64,000 nucleotides of DNA from Azolla caroliniana (lineage: Eukaryota > Plantae > Polypodiophyta), in the NCBI GenBank assembly GCA_043228905.1, contig JBHGNT010000006.1, positions 12,834,001 to 12,898,000 on the forward strand, given 5' to 3'. Within the stretch, counting starts at the first letter, position 1. Each line of letters begins with the position of its first letter. Of this stretch, positions 1 to 12,850 are shown piece after piece. The notes beneath the pieces were generated by a model. The model was not told the DNA's origin, did no database searches, and worked only from the letters and a program-made list of their open reading frames with translations. Both the position numbers and the translations under genes were made by a program.

Positions 1-208
1 CAACAATCAATAAAATATACTCGTGGGATTCACGAAGTTTAAGATAATCTATCTCTTTCAATCTAAATTCATATTCTTACATAAATATTGATTAATGTAA
101 TACTTGTGGGATTCACAAGATTAGCCTCAAATTCTTCCTCCTCCTAGTCCAAAACCTCGGCGGTTCCCACCCGACTCACGCAACGATCCGGAGCCGAAAG
201 GCACGACA
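1..208 (+). mobile_element. 3' end of a Phygy-like gypsy LTR (subfamily of the 36722-44134 element), cut by the window edge
   Basis: The last ~65 bp (cctagtcc...ggttcccacccgactcacgcaacgatccggagccgaaaggcacgaca) nearly match the LTR ends at 37538 and 44134. It ends in CA, has no PBS after it, and interrupts the gag of the next element. Confidence 0.9.
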
Positions 209-1022
209 TCGCGATCCAGGAATTCGTTGGGTGTCTGCGTTTCCCAACAAATTGCGACTGCTTAGTCCCGGGCACTTCGTTGGGTTTGTTATGGTCCTTC
301 TTCGAAGTGCGTTGATAGCGAAGAACTATTTCAACGGCCTCTTCGAAGGATTTTGGATCCTTATCGTGCACTATCCAGTGATAGTCCGAATTGGGGATGC
401 CATTGACAAAACAAGCTATCAACCAATTGTCCCCTTCTAGACCCGATTTTTGGATTTGGGTTCTAGCATGGTGAACATAGTCTTCTAGCGAGGAAAATTT
501 CCTACTAGAGAGGTTCATTAAAGCTTGTGCTGCCTCGGTTCGAGAGGGAGGTTGCAGAAATTGGCCCTTAAAAACCGTGACAAAATCTGTCTAGGTATCG
601 GGCAATTTCCCCATAGTACGGAGCCCATGCCACCAGGCGGCGGCCTTACCCCCGAGTTCTCGGCCGACATATGCAATCTTCGTACTATTTGGCGTGGGAT
701 AGAGCTCAAAATGAGACTCCCATCGTCCCAGCCATGTGCAGATTGCTTCTTCGGTTCTTTCCTTTTTGTCTCCCGTAAATGGCTTAACGACAAATGATGG
801 TTCACCTTGTCGCTCATCAGGTCAATTAGTCTCACGTTGTAGACTAATGACACGTGCCTCGAGAGCATTTTGAGATTGCCGAAGTTCGGTCATCTGTTGA
901 GCGGTGAAACTAAGGTATTGGGTTATTTGTGCCAAATACATCTCAGTGGACATTTGTCCAGGAGGATTCCCTTGAGTTCCTTCCGCTTGAGCGGATGACA
1001 TCAGGTCGTTAATTTGAGCCAT
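209..1022 (-). pseudogene. Frameshifted retrotransposon gag
   Basis: ORF pieces 822..1022 (MAQINDLMSS) and 144..518 (FVNGIPNSDYHWIVHDKDPKSFEEAVEIV, gag-like). Homologous to the gag start at 34800-35230. Confidence 0.75.
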
Positions 1023-2194
1023 TAAAGATTATTTCTGGAAAAGAAATAGGATAAGGTCAGAGAGATAGTCATAACATCATGTCGTGATGTAAACATATCA
1101 TGGGTAAACATTAATCGATATCATGATCTCACGTCAATACCCCTCTAGACGTATGAGATGAGGTTCAAGATCAGGTTACTATGGTAACACAAAGGTGTTT
1201 TAAAAACCATGGGGGTGACAAATAAATGTCTTTCCCTGATCTCTATATCGATTTTTTCATGGTGGCTCCCCGAGGCTCAACCATGTATGTTCGCGTCATG
1301 AATTGTTTATACACGAAAAAAATGTTAATAATAAACTATGTTTCGGTGCCCACATATGTGGTTTCGGCTCTTTAAGTCCTATTACGAGGACCCCGAGGTG
1401 CACTTAGACCTTAAGTCTAAACATGTGTTATAGTCATATGTATCAAGGATGTTGTATGGTCTTGGTCATATTTGAACTCGAGACCTCGAGAACAAATACA
1501 TTAAACACTTGAGCCAACCAAGTAAGTTGCTCTTCTTGAATGCTTAATGTTTGATGCGTATAAGAGATATGCGAGATCATATATGTTTTTTTTCAAAGAA
1601 CATATATGTCAAGGGTCCTTATTTCGCCCTCATTTACCAAAACTATGTTGGTACGTTACCTAACCTCAAGTCTCGTAATTACGATGGCATATGCCAAAGT
1701 GCAACCTAATGGTCAAGCCAAATGAGCCCTCGTTTCGTAGTAGGCTCACGTGGGCCATCACATGGTCACGTCATTACAAATGCCTCTCGTAAGAACGAGC
1801 TCATGGTGGCATCATATCCATGTAACGAGGGAGGGATGTTGGATACGTGCGTCATTGGAGCGACCTCACTTGAAGTGGGTCAAGCCCTACGTACTCAACA
1901 TCATTATGGCTATTGGCGTTTCTTTACGTAACGAAATCGAGGTCATCAACGGGGTTATCAACAATAAAAAATTGTTGAAAAAGGGATGGTGACAACGCCA
2001 TTCTCACAAAAATGTGAGGACGGCCACCAACATCCTTTTCCCGACCAGGACAACTTTCGACATAATCACGTAATAACGAATATACACATATGTTTACTTT
2101 TCACATATATACGATCAAATACGTATATATGTGACCACATATGCCTATATTAAACATATCGTTATATTAAATAGCCACAAATGATGTGATCGAG

Positions 2195-2455
2195 ATACGT
2201 AATCGAGGTATATACCTCTACACACACAAAACATCCACAAATAAGAGATCATCGTAATACGCAATTGAGGTATTGACCTCTTACGCATACGAGACCAACC
2301 GCATATCGTTTACAACAAATCAAGGTATTAAACTCATACGCAAATGTAACATATGTTCGTGAACGTAATACGTAATTGAGGTATTAACCTCGTACGCATA
2401 CGGCACTCATCACATATTATTAATATGTCAAACGAGGTATTGACCTCGTGCACAT
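2195..2455. repeat. Array of five GAGGT-N4-ACCTC hairpin cores at 55-62 bp period in the retroelement leader
   Basis: Cores at 2205, 2267, 2322 (degenerate), 2378 and 2434, with partly conserved flanks (atacgYaat before, tacgcat after). Confidence 0.85.
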
Positions 2456-3404
2456 ATGTAAACGTTTTAGATAATCAATTAAAGACCACTACAACATCAT
2501 TGACTTAATGAAAAAAATTGACATATAAACTAAACACATGATTAGATGGGAGAAGAGAGAATAGAAAAAAAATTCTAGAAAGAGTTACCGAAGTTCTTTG
2601 TTGATCGTTGTCTGGATCAAGGCCGACCGCACATCGATCGATTAGCATCAATCAAAAGACAAATGAAAAACAAAGAAACATTAGTACGTAAATCTGATAC
2701 CAAATATTATAGATCTAAGTACTAAAGTAAGCTTAAGATAAGGATAAAGTAATGATAGATAGAAAGGAGAAAGAGAAAGAAGGGTGCCGATCCACCCGAC
2801 CACCCCCGAGCGAAGGGATCGAGACGGACTCGAGCCTCGATCGGCATCCCATACCACCGCCGTGGCGTCGAGTCGTACCTGGTGCTGGCGCGCTCACTAC
2901 AAGAGTTGACCCACCACACGAGAAGAGTCTCGATGTAGTCAAAAGATGATCAAATGAGGGTAGCTAGGCCTCTTATTTATAGTGATACCCAAGGCCCCCA
3001 GGCAAGTTCACACTTGACCTAATGGGTTGTCTCAATCCCGAGGATTAAAAGTAATCCTCCCCTTCTTTACACTCTCGTTTAACCCTCACACTTATCCACG
3101 TGTATAGAATACTGCAGTAAATTCTTACCACGGGATATTATATGGTCATGCCCGTAACAAGCGAGCTACCCATTTGTGCATCCATGTTGGTGTAGTGTCT
3201 TCCTTTTTTGGGTTTTCTTCCTTCGGTCATGTAAACGTGCTACGTAGTGGCACTACAGTAGAGGATAGCCGGATTTGTCATCGGCGTCTCGAATACACAA
3301 TCTCGAAGAGGTGGATGGGCTCGTGGATGTGCTAAACCACACACTTTGAGACCATGTTAATAATTAGGTAATTAATCAAGGGTTAATTAAACAACTGTTG
3401 ACTG

Positions 3405-6262
3405 CTTCTTACTACTCCAAGCAATCACGACACTTCCAAGGGAAAATGTGAAGCCCGAAGTAGACCTGTGATCGCTGGCATTTCTGGCCCAATTAGCATC
3501 CATGTAACCGACCAACCGTTCGGCAGTACCAGTCCGATACAACAATCCACTGTCCTTAATGCCGCTGACTTACCTCAGTATTCGCTATGCGCATTGAAAG
3601 TGCTCCATGGCCGAATGCGCCATGAATTGACTAATCAAGGCGACCATATAGCTGAGGTCCGGTTGGGTGATGGTCAAGTAGATAAGGCTTCTGACTATCT
3701 GTCGGAACCTTTCCGGGTCGCATGTCGTTCCGAAGTCAGGGCGAAGCTTCACATTCCTATCCAAAGGAGTTGAAATAGACTTGTACTATATCATACCAAA
3801 CCTGAAGAGCATACTCAACACATAATGTCGTTGGTTGATCAATAAATGCCTTCAGGGGTGTGGATCACTTCTATCCCGAGGAAGTAATGAAGGTCCCCTA
3901 GATCCTTCATGTCTAATGATGCCGTAAGCTGGGACTTGACACGAGTGATTTCTTGTAGGTTCGTGCCGGAGAGGACTAAATTATCACCATAAAGTGAAAG
4001 ACTTACCGGCCCATTCTAACCTTGCCGGATGAAGAGTGAAGAGTCTGACTTCGACGTGGCCCCATCCGACACACTCGCAAGGCTTGCTTTAGTCCATATA
4101 GGGACTTCTTCAGTCAGCATACAACCGATGTGTTCATTTCGAACTGAGATCTGAAGGGTTAGATCATATACAGTTGTTCCTCAAGGTTGGCTTGCAAGAA
4201 TGCGTTTTTCACATCCATCTGATGTAAATACCACCCCTTCGTCGTGGGTATCACAAGAAGGACACAAACAATCATCATGTTCGCGACCAACGCAAACATT
4301 TCATCGTAATTGATGTCGTGGTGTTGCACATAGCCCTTCACCACTAACTAGGCCTTGTATCGGTTGACAGAGCCGTCGGTGTTGTACTTGACCTTGTACA
4401 CCCACCTACATCTGATCATCATCACACCCTTTGGACCATCAACCAGGTCCCATGTTTCGTTCTCCGTTAGTGTGATTTCTTTCTCCATGGCCTTCTGCCA
4501 ATTCGGATACTTGGCCGCTTCTGCGTAGCTCTCCGGCTCACACACTATTGCGACCTTCACCATGTACACATAATGTTGCATCATATACTTATTATACTTG
4601 TACCCGATCATGGGATTCTTTTGGCTTGTGCATTGGTGCAACTTCTACTTTGCCGATTTCATAGCCCTTGTGGCTGACTCTGACTTTTTCTACGGAGGTC
4701 CGTCTCCACTTCGGGCTGTTTTGGATTCACTCTGGTCCAAAAAATGGCTTCTGTTCCAATCTCTGGCATCTTCATCTTCCCCTTCTCTTTATGCATGAAC
4801 CGTATCCTTGGTTCCTTGCACGGCGAGAGCACAATAGAGTCTTCGCTACTCACCGACTCGTCATCCGGTTGACCACTCTAGCTCAACAACTCCAGATTCG
4901 GTCCACTGATCTAGAGGGAAGTTGGACTCATCCGCAACAATTGGCTAACTTAGGAAGATTCAAGTACCAAGATGTTGATTTATCGAAGACAACATAGTGG
5001 CTAACTCACACTTGATTCTACCAGGGGTTGTAGCACTTCTACCCCTTCTGCTCATCGGAGTAGCCAATCAAGATACACTTCTTGTCCTTGGCATCTAACT
5101 TCTTCCGCCTCTCATCCGGAACATGCACATATGCAATGTTTCTGAATACTCGAAGGTGCGCCAAATTCATCTTCCGCTCATAATACAGTTCGTGTGGCGA
5201 CACCTTTGTCCCGGAGGCAAGTATTTGATTCTATATGGAGACGATTGTCTGAATTGCTTCAGTACAATAATTCCAGGGCATGCTCTTCACCTCCAGCATT
5301 GCCCTCACCACTTCTACTGACGTTCGGTTTCGTTGTTTGCCCATGCCATTAAGCTCTGGTGTGTATCTACAAGAGAACTCCGGACGAATTCCCTTGGTCT
5401 GTAGATAACTTGTGAACTGGACAGGAAAATATTCTTTTCCGCCATCAGATCTCAGACACTTGATCTTCCTTCCATATTCTCGTTCGACATGACTCTTTTG
5501 GTCCCGGAAACATGAGAAAACTTCTCTCTTCTTCTCAATCAAGTAGATCCAGGCGTGTCGACTAAAATCATCGATGAAGGAGACAAAATATCGACTTCGG
5601 CCGATGCTGACATTTTGTGCTAGTCCCTAAACATCCGAATGGATGAGATTGAGCCAATTCAGGCTCCGAATTCTTCTCATTGGAAAATGGAATTCTATGT
5701 TGTTTCCCGACCTGACAAGCTTCACAAATATGGCCTTTCGGCCACTCAACTTCGGCAGTCCGGAAACCATGTGTTTCGACTGCATCTCTTGAAGCTTCCG
5801 GAAGTTGATGTGATTGATCCACTTATGCCACAGGTCGATGTTAGACTTGACCACCTGTCCTTTCGCGAACATAACAGTGCCTACATTATTGGTTTCGAGG
5901 ATGAACATTCTTCCATCCCGGCGCCCTTGTGCGATGATCCGACCTTCCTCCTCGATGAAGCATCTGTGGTGAGTGAACCAGACTTGCATTCCTTGATCCA
6001 TGATTTGACCGATCGTTACCAAGTTCTTGGTGATCATCGGAACATGCTGAATGTTCCTCTTGATTCCCTTCTGGTTGAGATAGATCAGAGGGACAACCTC
6101 GATATGCTCGATGGGATATGTGGTGTCATCTCCGGTTTCAACTACCCCCAACATCTCGGACTTGTAGAGAAAGGAGAACCACTCTTTTTGGTTCGTCATG
6201 TGGTTTGAAGCTCTAGAATCCATGTACCAAACATACTCCGAGTTTGAGTTGTGTGCGGCCAT
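3405..6262 (-). pseudogene. Degraded Ty1/copia pol (PR, INT, RT, RH), related to the 15237-20872 element
   Basis: Motifs WYMDSRASNHM (PR), LWHKWINHINF, IKCLRSDGGKEY (INT), CRWVYKVKYNTDGSVNRYKA and HQMDVKNAFLQ (RT). Many stops and frameshifts. Confidence 0.9.
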
Positions 6263-6399
6263 TCAGTTGGACTTATGCTTCATTAAAGGGCCGATCCTGA
6301 CCCGGCTCCCTTTGAGTTTCTAGCAAAGCGCGATCAATATTGCCAATATGTGTCCCTCTGGCTCGATCTGCCTTTGTCTGAATCAACCCTTTTTTTCCA

Positions 6400-8700
6400 A
6401 CACTCGCTTTCGTAGGGATCGGAGAGGTTCCCATCCATCTACCAAATGGCAACATGATCACCCTGCACCACATTCAACACGTGCCTAGTTTGAAAAGGAG
6501 TCTGGTCTTCATCGACATGTTAGCCGAAGACAGGTACTGAACAACAGTCAATGAGTCGGCATGGAGGATCAGCCGAGGGAATCTAAGAATCGGAAGTGGG
6601 GACAAGTACAACAACTTGTACCCAATGATGGCGATCATTCTAGAAGGGTTCATGAACATAGGCGAAAAGACTGACCTAAACTTATCGTGAACTAGATCGG
6701 TTGATGGTGCTCGACTATATCCCGAGACTCCAAGCAAAGATGGACTTCTGCGAGCATTGTCAATATGGGAAACTCCATTAGGTGGCTCCCAGTACTTCGT
6801 CACATTTGTAGATGACTGTATACATGAGTCTCCACATTCGTCACGGTGTCATGAAGATTTTTAGCAACGACGAGAAAATCGTGTGGAATGGACAAATCAG
6901 GAATGTGCAAAGTTTGCACTTGCACATCGGGAAAATGTAAATATAAACGAAAGAGAATAAAGTAAGAGGAATATAAAATGTAAGGTGCTAAAGTGCACCA
7001 AAAGGCTTTGTGGATTGTAAGTATGATGTGCACTTAGGTGCACATGCACACGTAGTGAATGGGGAGTGCATGAAAGTAAGGATGTAATAAGTAGTGGCTA
7101 TGGTGTGTGTGTGTGTGTGTGTGTGTCAAAGTGAGAGAAGAGGGATTTAAGGCATCACATCAATGTCCTCCTAAAATCAAGGCAAATATTCCTCACTAAA
7201 AAGAGAGGAATATTTTGCCTCCCCTTTTTTACTATAACAAGGGGTGAGGAGCCACCATAAAGGGGGTTCCTCCTTTTAGGGTTTCAGTTCGTTTCTCCTC
7301 TCTCATCATTGTCTTGGTTAGAAAGGTCTAGTTCTTCTTCCTCTTCCTATTCGGTTATGGTTTCTTCTTCATCTTATGGATTTTGTTTCTCTCTCTATTG
7401 TCCTATTATTGTATTCTTCTAGTTGTGCTTAAGTTCGGCCAAAATCGCCCTGGTTGTAAATCATATTTTGTTCGGTGAACCTCGTGCCGTCCCAACCTTG
7501 GCTCATCTAGTTCTTTCTCGTGTCAAGCTTTTGCACATTGTTCCTACCCTTTCGTGCATGGAGGCCCGTAAGGGATAAGCTCCCATTCCCCTTTTTACTC
7601 CCATGGTCCCAACCAAGCTAACATGTATATGCGGCTTTCTACAACAATGGACACCAGTGAGCTGACATCATATGAAGAAGCATTGGCTCGCGCAAATTTG
7701 GTCACTTGGCTTCTGGCAATGGAGTTCGAAATGAGCTCCATCTAGCATAATCAAACTTGGAACTTAGTCAAATTGCCGAAAAGTGAACATGCTCTTCCGT
7801 GCAAGTGGGTCTATGGACTGAAATAGAGGTCATACTCAACATGTCCTAAGTACAAGGCCATATTAGTAGCGAAGGGTTTCCAAGAACAATATGGCGTCGA
7901 CTTCAACGAAAACTTTTCACAAGTGATGAAAATGACGATTGTTCGATTTTCCTCAGTGTAGTTGCAACCGAGGACCTGGAGTTGATTCCACTAGACATTA
8001 AGATGGTCTTGTTCCATGGTGATCTATAGAAGGAGATATATATGGAACAACCGAAAGGCTTTGTCGAACTCAATCAAGAACGTCTAGTCTGCTAACTCAA
8101 AAATGGTTTTTACGGCCTGAAACAAGCACCAAGGCAGTGGTATAAGAAGTTCGACGACTTCATACAATCGGTTGGCTTCTTCAAGAGCAATAAGGACCAC
8201 TATCTTTTCTCGAAAATAGTTCGAATGAGTCACCCATCTTCCTTATCATGTACGTGGACGAGATGCTTCTCTCTGGTCGAAATGCCGGAGAGCATGTTGA
8301 TCTCGTTCGATAGCTCCAGGTAAAGTTGGCTATGAAGAATTTAGGTCCAACAAGACACATTCTAGGCATGAAAATCAGTCGGCTCCGGAATCAACAAAAA
8401 TTATTCTTTTCTCAGGCTAATGACATTGAACATGTCTTGGAATGCTTTAATATGCAATCGCCCAAATGTGCTTCAACCCCGCTTCCTGTTAGCCTTCGGC
8501 TATGTCATCACGATTGTCTAACATCTTGTCTCACGAGGGATTTCATGAAGTCGGTACCTTATGCACCGGTAGTTGGCTCCTTAATGTACGTGGTCATCAT
8601 CGCTACATGGCTAGACATAGCTCACGTCATAGGAGTCGTTAACTAATCTATGCACAATCCTGGTCGATTGCATTGTAACATAGTTAAGCATGTGTTTAGG
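6400..8700 (+). pseudogene. Fragments of a second copia family (PR/INT piece 6400-6830; RT piece 7630-8700)
   Basis: The + strand translates to VGIGEVPIHLPNGNMITLHHIQHVPSLKRSLV, GGSQYFVTFVDD, NQTWNLVKLPKSEHALPCKWVY and MKNLGPTRHILGMKI...VPYAPVVGSLMY. Confidence 0.8.
6830..7623 (+). mobile_element. LTR-like fragment with (GT)12 microsatellite interrupting the + strand copia
   Basis: Non-coding. (GT)n at 7103-7126, TATA-like cataaagggg near 7256, a pyrimidine-rich R/U5-like tract, and an end in ...aagctaaca. The left boundary and TSD are unresolved. Confidence 0.45.
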
Positions 8701-9114
8701 GACTCGCTCAGGTCCATCAACATGACAGTTGAAGCAGATGAGATAGTGTAGGTTTGCCTCTGACATCTCACGCAGAAGTTCGGATCATTCTGAATGGCGG
8801 TTTGCATATGTCAAGGATAGTACTAGAGGCAAGGAGATTTAGTACTAAAGATATAGGAGAAGAATGAGGATTAGTACTAAGAAAGGAAAGAGTGCGTGAG
8901 AGTCATGAGAAAGAAAGAAAGAAAGAAAGATGTATTAACGTCTTCTAAGGCCAAATTTGGCCCATGAGACAATTGGTTTACAACAATAGAGTATTTATCC
9001 AGTCATCATAACTAAAAATAAAATTAAGTAAAAAAAATAGAACTTAAACTAAAAGAGTTCTAGTAGTGTACAATATGTAGTATACTCGAAAGTGACTATA
9101 CACTAAGCCTAATT

Positions 9115-12100
9115 TTATTTCCACCCAAGCCTCTCGAAAAGAAGTGGGGGGGCAAAGGGTCTTGATGTGGGTTCCAATGTAGAGAGTGCCCTAGCCATGG
9201 CTTCTAGGCGGTGTAGCTCACGTTCCCTTATTTTTAATATTGCTTCCACATCACGTTGAGTTGTTTTGAAACCCGGCACCCGAGGACGTCTGGTTCTTCT
9301 CTGCTTTTCTGCCTCATCAATGGAAAGGCCGGGTGGTGCAAGTGTGTCGGCATTCATTGTCTCCTTAGGTTCCTGAAAAACTGCATTTGTTACATGTTCG
9401 TGATCATTAGCAACATTATTGTCAACATTTTGTAATTTATTCTCTTTGTGTTGTTTTAGCTCTAGAATGTATTTGCCTAATTTCTTTATATCTAGAGTAT
9501 CTAATAGTTTGGGGAGGGTGGGAGACGGACCAAGTATGTCTTGGTATTTTGCCCTTATCTCGGCATAGGTTGGACACTTGCATGTAAAGTGGTACTCATC
9601 CTCTATCTCTATGTGACATAACCTACATATCCTTTCCTCCCTAGGGACTCCACTAGTACGGCCATTTTCAATCTCAAGTTGGTGAGACGATATTCTAAGT
9701 TGTCCAATGGCAACCCTTAGTGCATGTGGTAAGAATACATCTAGATATTTTGGTCGTGTGATAAAACCTAACTCAGAGAAGTGCATGAAGTGTTTCTTAT
9801 AGTACGACATTTTAGATGGGAGTGGCTCTAGTGGGGTGATCCATTTACACCGAGTGTAAATTTGCCATATTTCTTGGCGTATTACTTTATTGCGGTTCTC
9901 ATGAGAGATTAAGGTGTTATCACTCGTGTGGTTGTACCTAAGGGGAGGTAGGTTATTAATGTCTAGACCATTCGCAAGAAGCCAAGTCACCATCATGCCA
10001 TACCATGAGCTAGTATAGCCGGACTCATACAATGATCGAGAGGCCTTAAAGGCTTGATGAGATATTCTATCATGTGGTTGGCTATGTATCCTATCAATAA
10101 AGACTACAAGTTGAAAAAGTGCCTCTACTAGCATTGGGGATAACGTGAACTCGGCCCTAATAATGTCCTGTGGTACAGTCGATTTGCTTCGGAGTTGGCG
10201 TGATAGCATCATCACCAATGGTCTCTCTAATTGCGTCCACATGAAGGATGGTAATCCTGGAGCCCAAACCGCTGATGCATACATGAGGGAGGGGGTCACT
10301 AATGAGTCAAAGAGCCACCCTTTAGTCCGTGGCTCTTGAAAGTGTGCTTGGTGGCATTGTCTCTCTAGGAGTGAGAGGGATGCATGTCCTCTCGTGAGTA
10401 TCCTTCGCTGCCTGTGTCATCGAAAATTTACCTGAGCGGGCACTAAAAGTGACTCCGAGATATACGTACGATCCAACCACCTTGACTGGGCTATGGGAGA
10501 TAGTTAGGTGACACTTAGCTCTAACTTGGGCCGATGTGTGGAAGATAAGGACTTTCGTTTTCCCTAGATTCACTACCAATCCTCGTTGTACACAAAAGTC
10601 ATCTAAGGCATTGAGGTGCCTCTGTAGGTCGTGTTCAGATTCAGAGAGCAAAACTATGTCATCCGCATAGAGCAAGATACGAACCTGCGTATCCCCAAGG
10701 ACCACTCCGGTGCCTCCCTCACGAGCAATAAAATTTGTGATCTCATCAATGTAGATCCCAAAAAGCGTCGGTGATAGGGGGCAACCTTGTTTTACACCAA
10801 TAGTGCTAGTCAAACGATTGGATAGGCCACCTGGACATCGGACACACCCGGACACTTGTTCATATAGTGCGTAGATGGCCCATACCATATCATCTGGTAT
10901 CCTCAAGCTTTTAAGTCTATCAGACAACAAATCTCTAGGGACTGTGTCAAAGGCTTTGCGGAAGTCCACAAAACAACAATATAATCTCTTCTTGCGAGCC
11001 CTAGTTTGGTCAATTAGGCATCTAAGTGTGAAGATGTGATCAATAGTGGAGAAGGCTCGTCTAAAGCCAGCTTGTTCAGGTGCACGAAGGTTTAGGGTCT
11101 CCATGTAGTCGCTAAGCTCTGCTTCCATTACTGCACCATATAACTTAGCAAGGGTATGGCCTATCATAATGGTCCTATATGTATTTGGGTCCATGGGGTC
11201 CCCCCCTTTATGTATGGGGGTCACTGTATTCATAGTCCACTGTGGTGGAAAACCCTCCGCAAGGGCACGATTGAAGATTAGAATTAGCAAGGGAGCTAGG
11301 CACTCTCGCGCATATATAATGTGTTCTGCTCGCAATCCTGTGTGGTCCATGGACTTCCTATGTTGTAATTTCTTTATGACCTTCATGACCCTAGAGGTCG
11401 TAAAAAGTGTCCCCGTGGTAGGCCGGGGTGTGGAAGGCATTGAAAAAGGTGGTTGGTTTGGGATTTGGTAAAGTCTCTCTGTATATGTGTGCCAAGTTTC
11501 GGGATCTTCGATGGGTGTTTGTGGTCTTGGCTCCCGTAGTCTCTTCCATGCCATGGCGCAATCGCTACTCATGAGCATATGGTAGAGTTCCCAGTATTGG
11601 GATGCCTCCCACGCTCGTCTCTTACGACGTGTCATCTTACGCATTTCTTTGCGAGCTTGTGTGGAGGTAATACTACCATTGAGTTGCGATACTGTAAGTT
11701 GTCTATGTAGGTCCCTACAATCCTCGTCATACCATTTATTTTGTGGCATTGATCCTGATCTACCTTGATTTGAGTGTTTTGTATATGGGAAACTCCTAGC
11801 TGCTGCGGAGTGAAGGATGTGTGTGAGTTTTGTACTAAGGCTTTCTAACGGTAGAGAGGGATCAATGGAGGGGAGATGGGCCTGAACATGTTGAGAGTAT
11901 ATGTCAGAGAGCTCATGTGTGAAATGTATTGTGGTGTGATGGCATGGTTGACTAGACTTGGTGACCTTAGAGATATCACATTTTAGCTCGAAGTATAAGA
12001 AGCTATGGTCTGCGCCAATAGGGCATGGGGCCACTCGGAAGGAGTTAATCAAGTGGGTAGCTATCGGGCGCCCTATTAGATAGTCAACTGTGCTTTCCCC

Positions 12101-12844
12101 TCCTCCATGTGGGAAACATGTGAGCTCTTCCGAGCCCGGCCACTTAGCTAAACCATTATATATGACCATTTGGTGCCTACTGCCAAGTTCGAGCAGGTGA
12201 TGGCCAAAGCTCGTGGCGTCCGCACCTTGATCCTTTGATCTACGTGTGGTGCCTATGTCTAAAGGATCAACATTTACCATTTCTAGGTTTCTATTCATCT
12301 GAAATACTGTGCATTGTCGGGATTGGGTTCTCGCATTGAAGTCTCCTACAAGAAATACTTCTCCTTGGGAAGAATATCGGATTATGTCATCTGATAGGGG
12401 TTCGTATGGAGAAGGCCCATGTGGCATTCCTTCATCGACTAATCTCATCAAGCCACTAATATTATAACGGGATCCTTTTGGGGGAAAGTAACAAATGGCG
12501 AAAAATACTGCATGGTCTTTGCTTGTGGAGACATTCACTCACATAAAACGAGCTTCTGGGTCTATCTTCATTATTTCTATCCTATTATGTAGCTCTCTAC
12601 GAAATAGTATCGCGACACCTCCAGATCCCCTAGTAGTGTGTCGACGTGAGGTTTGTCTAAAAGCGGACTCCCAACGGAATCCTTCGACCCGTGGGAGTCC
12701 TTGATTTGGGCTCTGATGTGTTTCTACCAAGAAAAGTATATCAGATACCTTTAGTATCTCCTCTAGGCGGCCGGGGTGTGCCCAGAGTGCGCCATTACAA
12801 TTCCATAGGGTCATCCTAAGTGCATTTTCTGTCACATGGGCCAC
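9115..12844 (-). pseudogene. LINE ORF2 (AP endonuclease, RT, C-terminal CCHC), one stop at 12539 and a frameshift near 10320-10380
   Basis: Motifs WNCNG, LVETH, VGDFNAR, DHSFL (APE), FVDFRKAFDTV, GVKQGCPLSPTLF, LLYADDIVL (RT) and LRISSHQLEIENGR..REERICRLC..EDEYHFTCKC. Confidence 0.92.
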
Positions 12845-12850
12845 ACGCCG

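Larger units (their letters stand above)
209..3159 (-). mobile_element. 5' part of an iMet-primed chromovirus-type gypsy element (5' LTR 2705-3159, PBS, 1.7 kb leader, degraded gag)
   Basis: The LTR start tgttacgggcatgaccat (- strand, from 3159) matches the LTR at 46064. PBS TGGTATCAGA lies at 2702-2693. 1022-1785 is the reverse complement of 34139-34802. Confidence 0.88.

Noticed and set aside
2195-2455. CRISPR array
   Set aside because: Eukaryotic retroelement leader, no cas genes, degenerate repeats. Kept only as a hairpin array.
3160-3400. Short unassigned segment between the LTR and the copia RH remnant
   Set aside because: No ORF, termini or homolog in the window to support a call.
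6807-7643. Solo LTR bounded by TGTAGA..TCTACA with near-TSD acatt/acaat
   Set aside because: The left boundary lies inside the copia integrase codons FVDD, so the match is probably coincidental.
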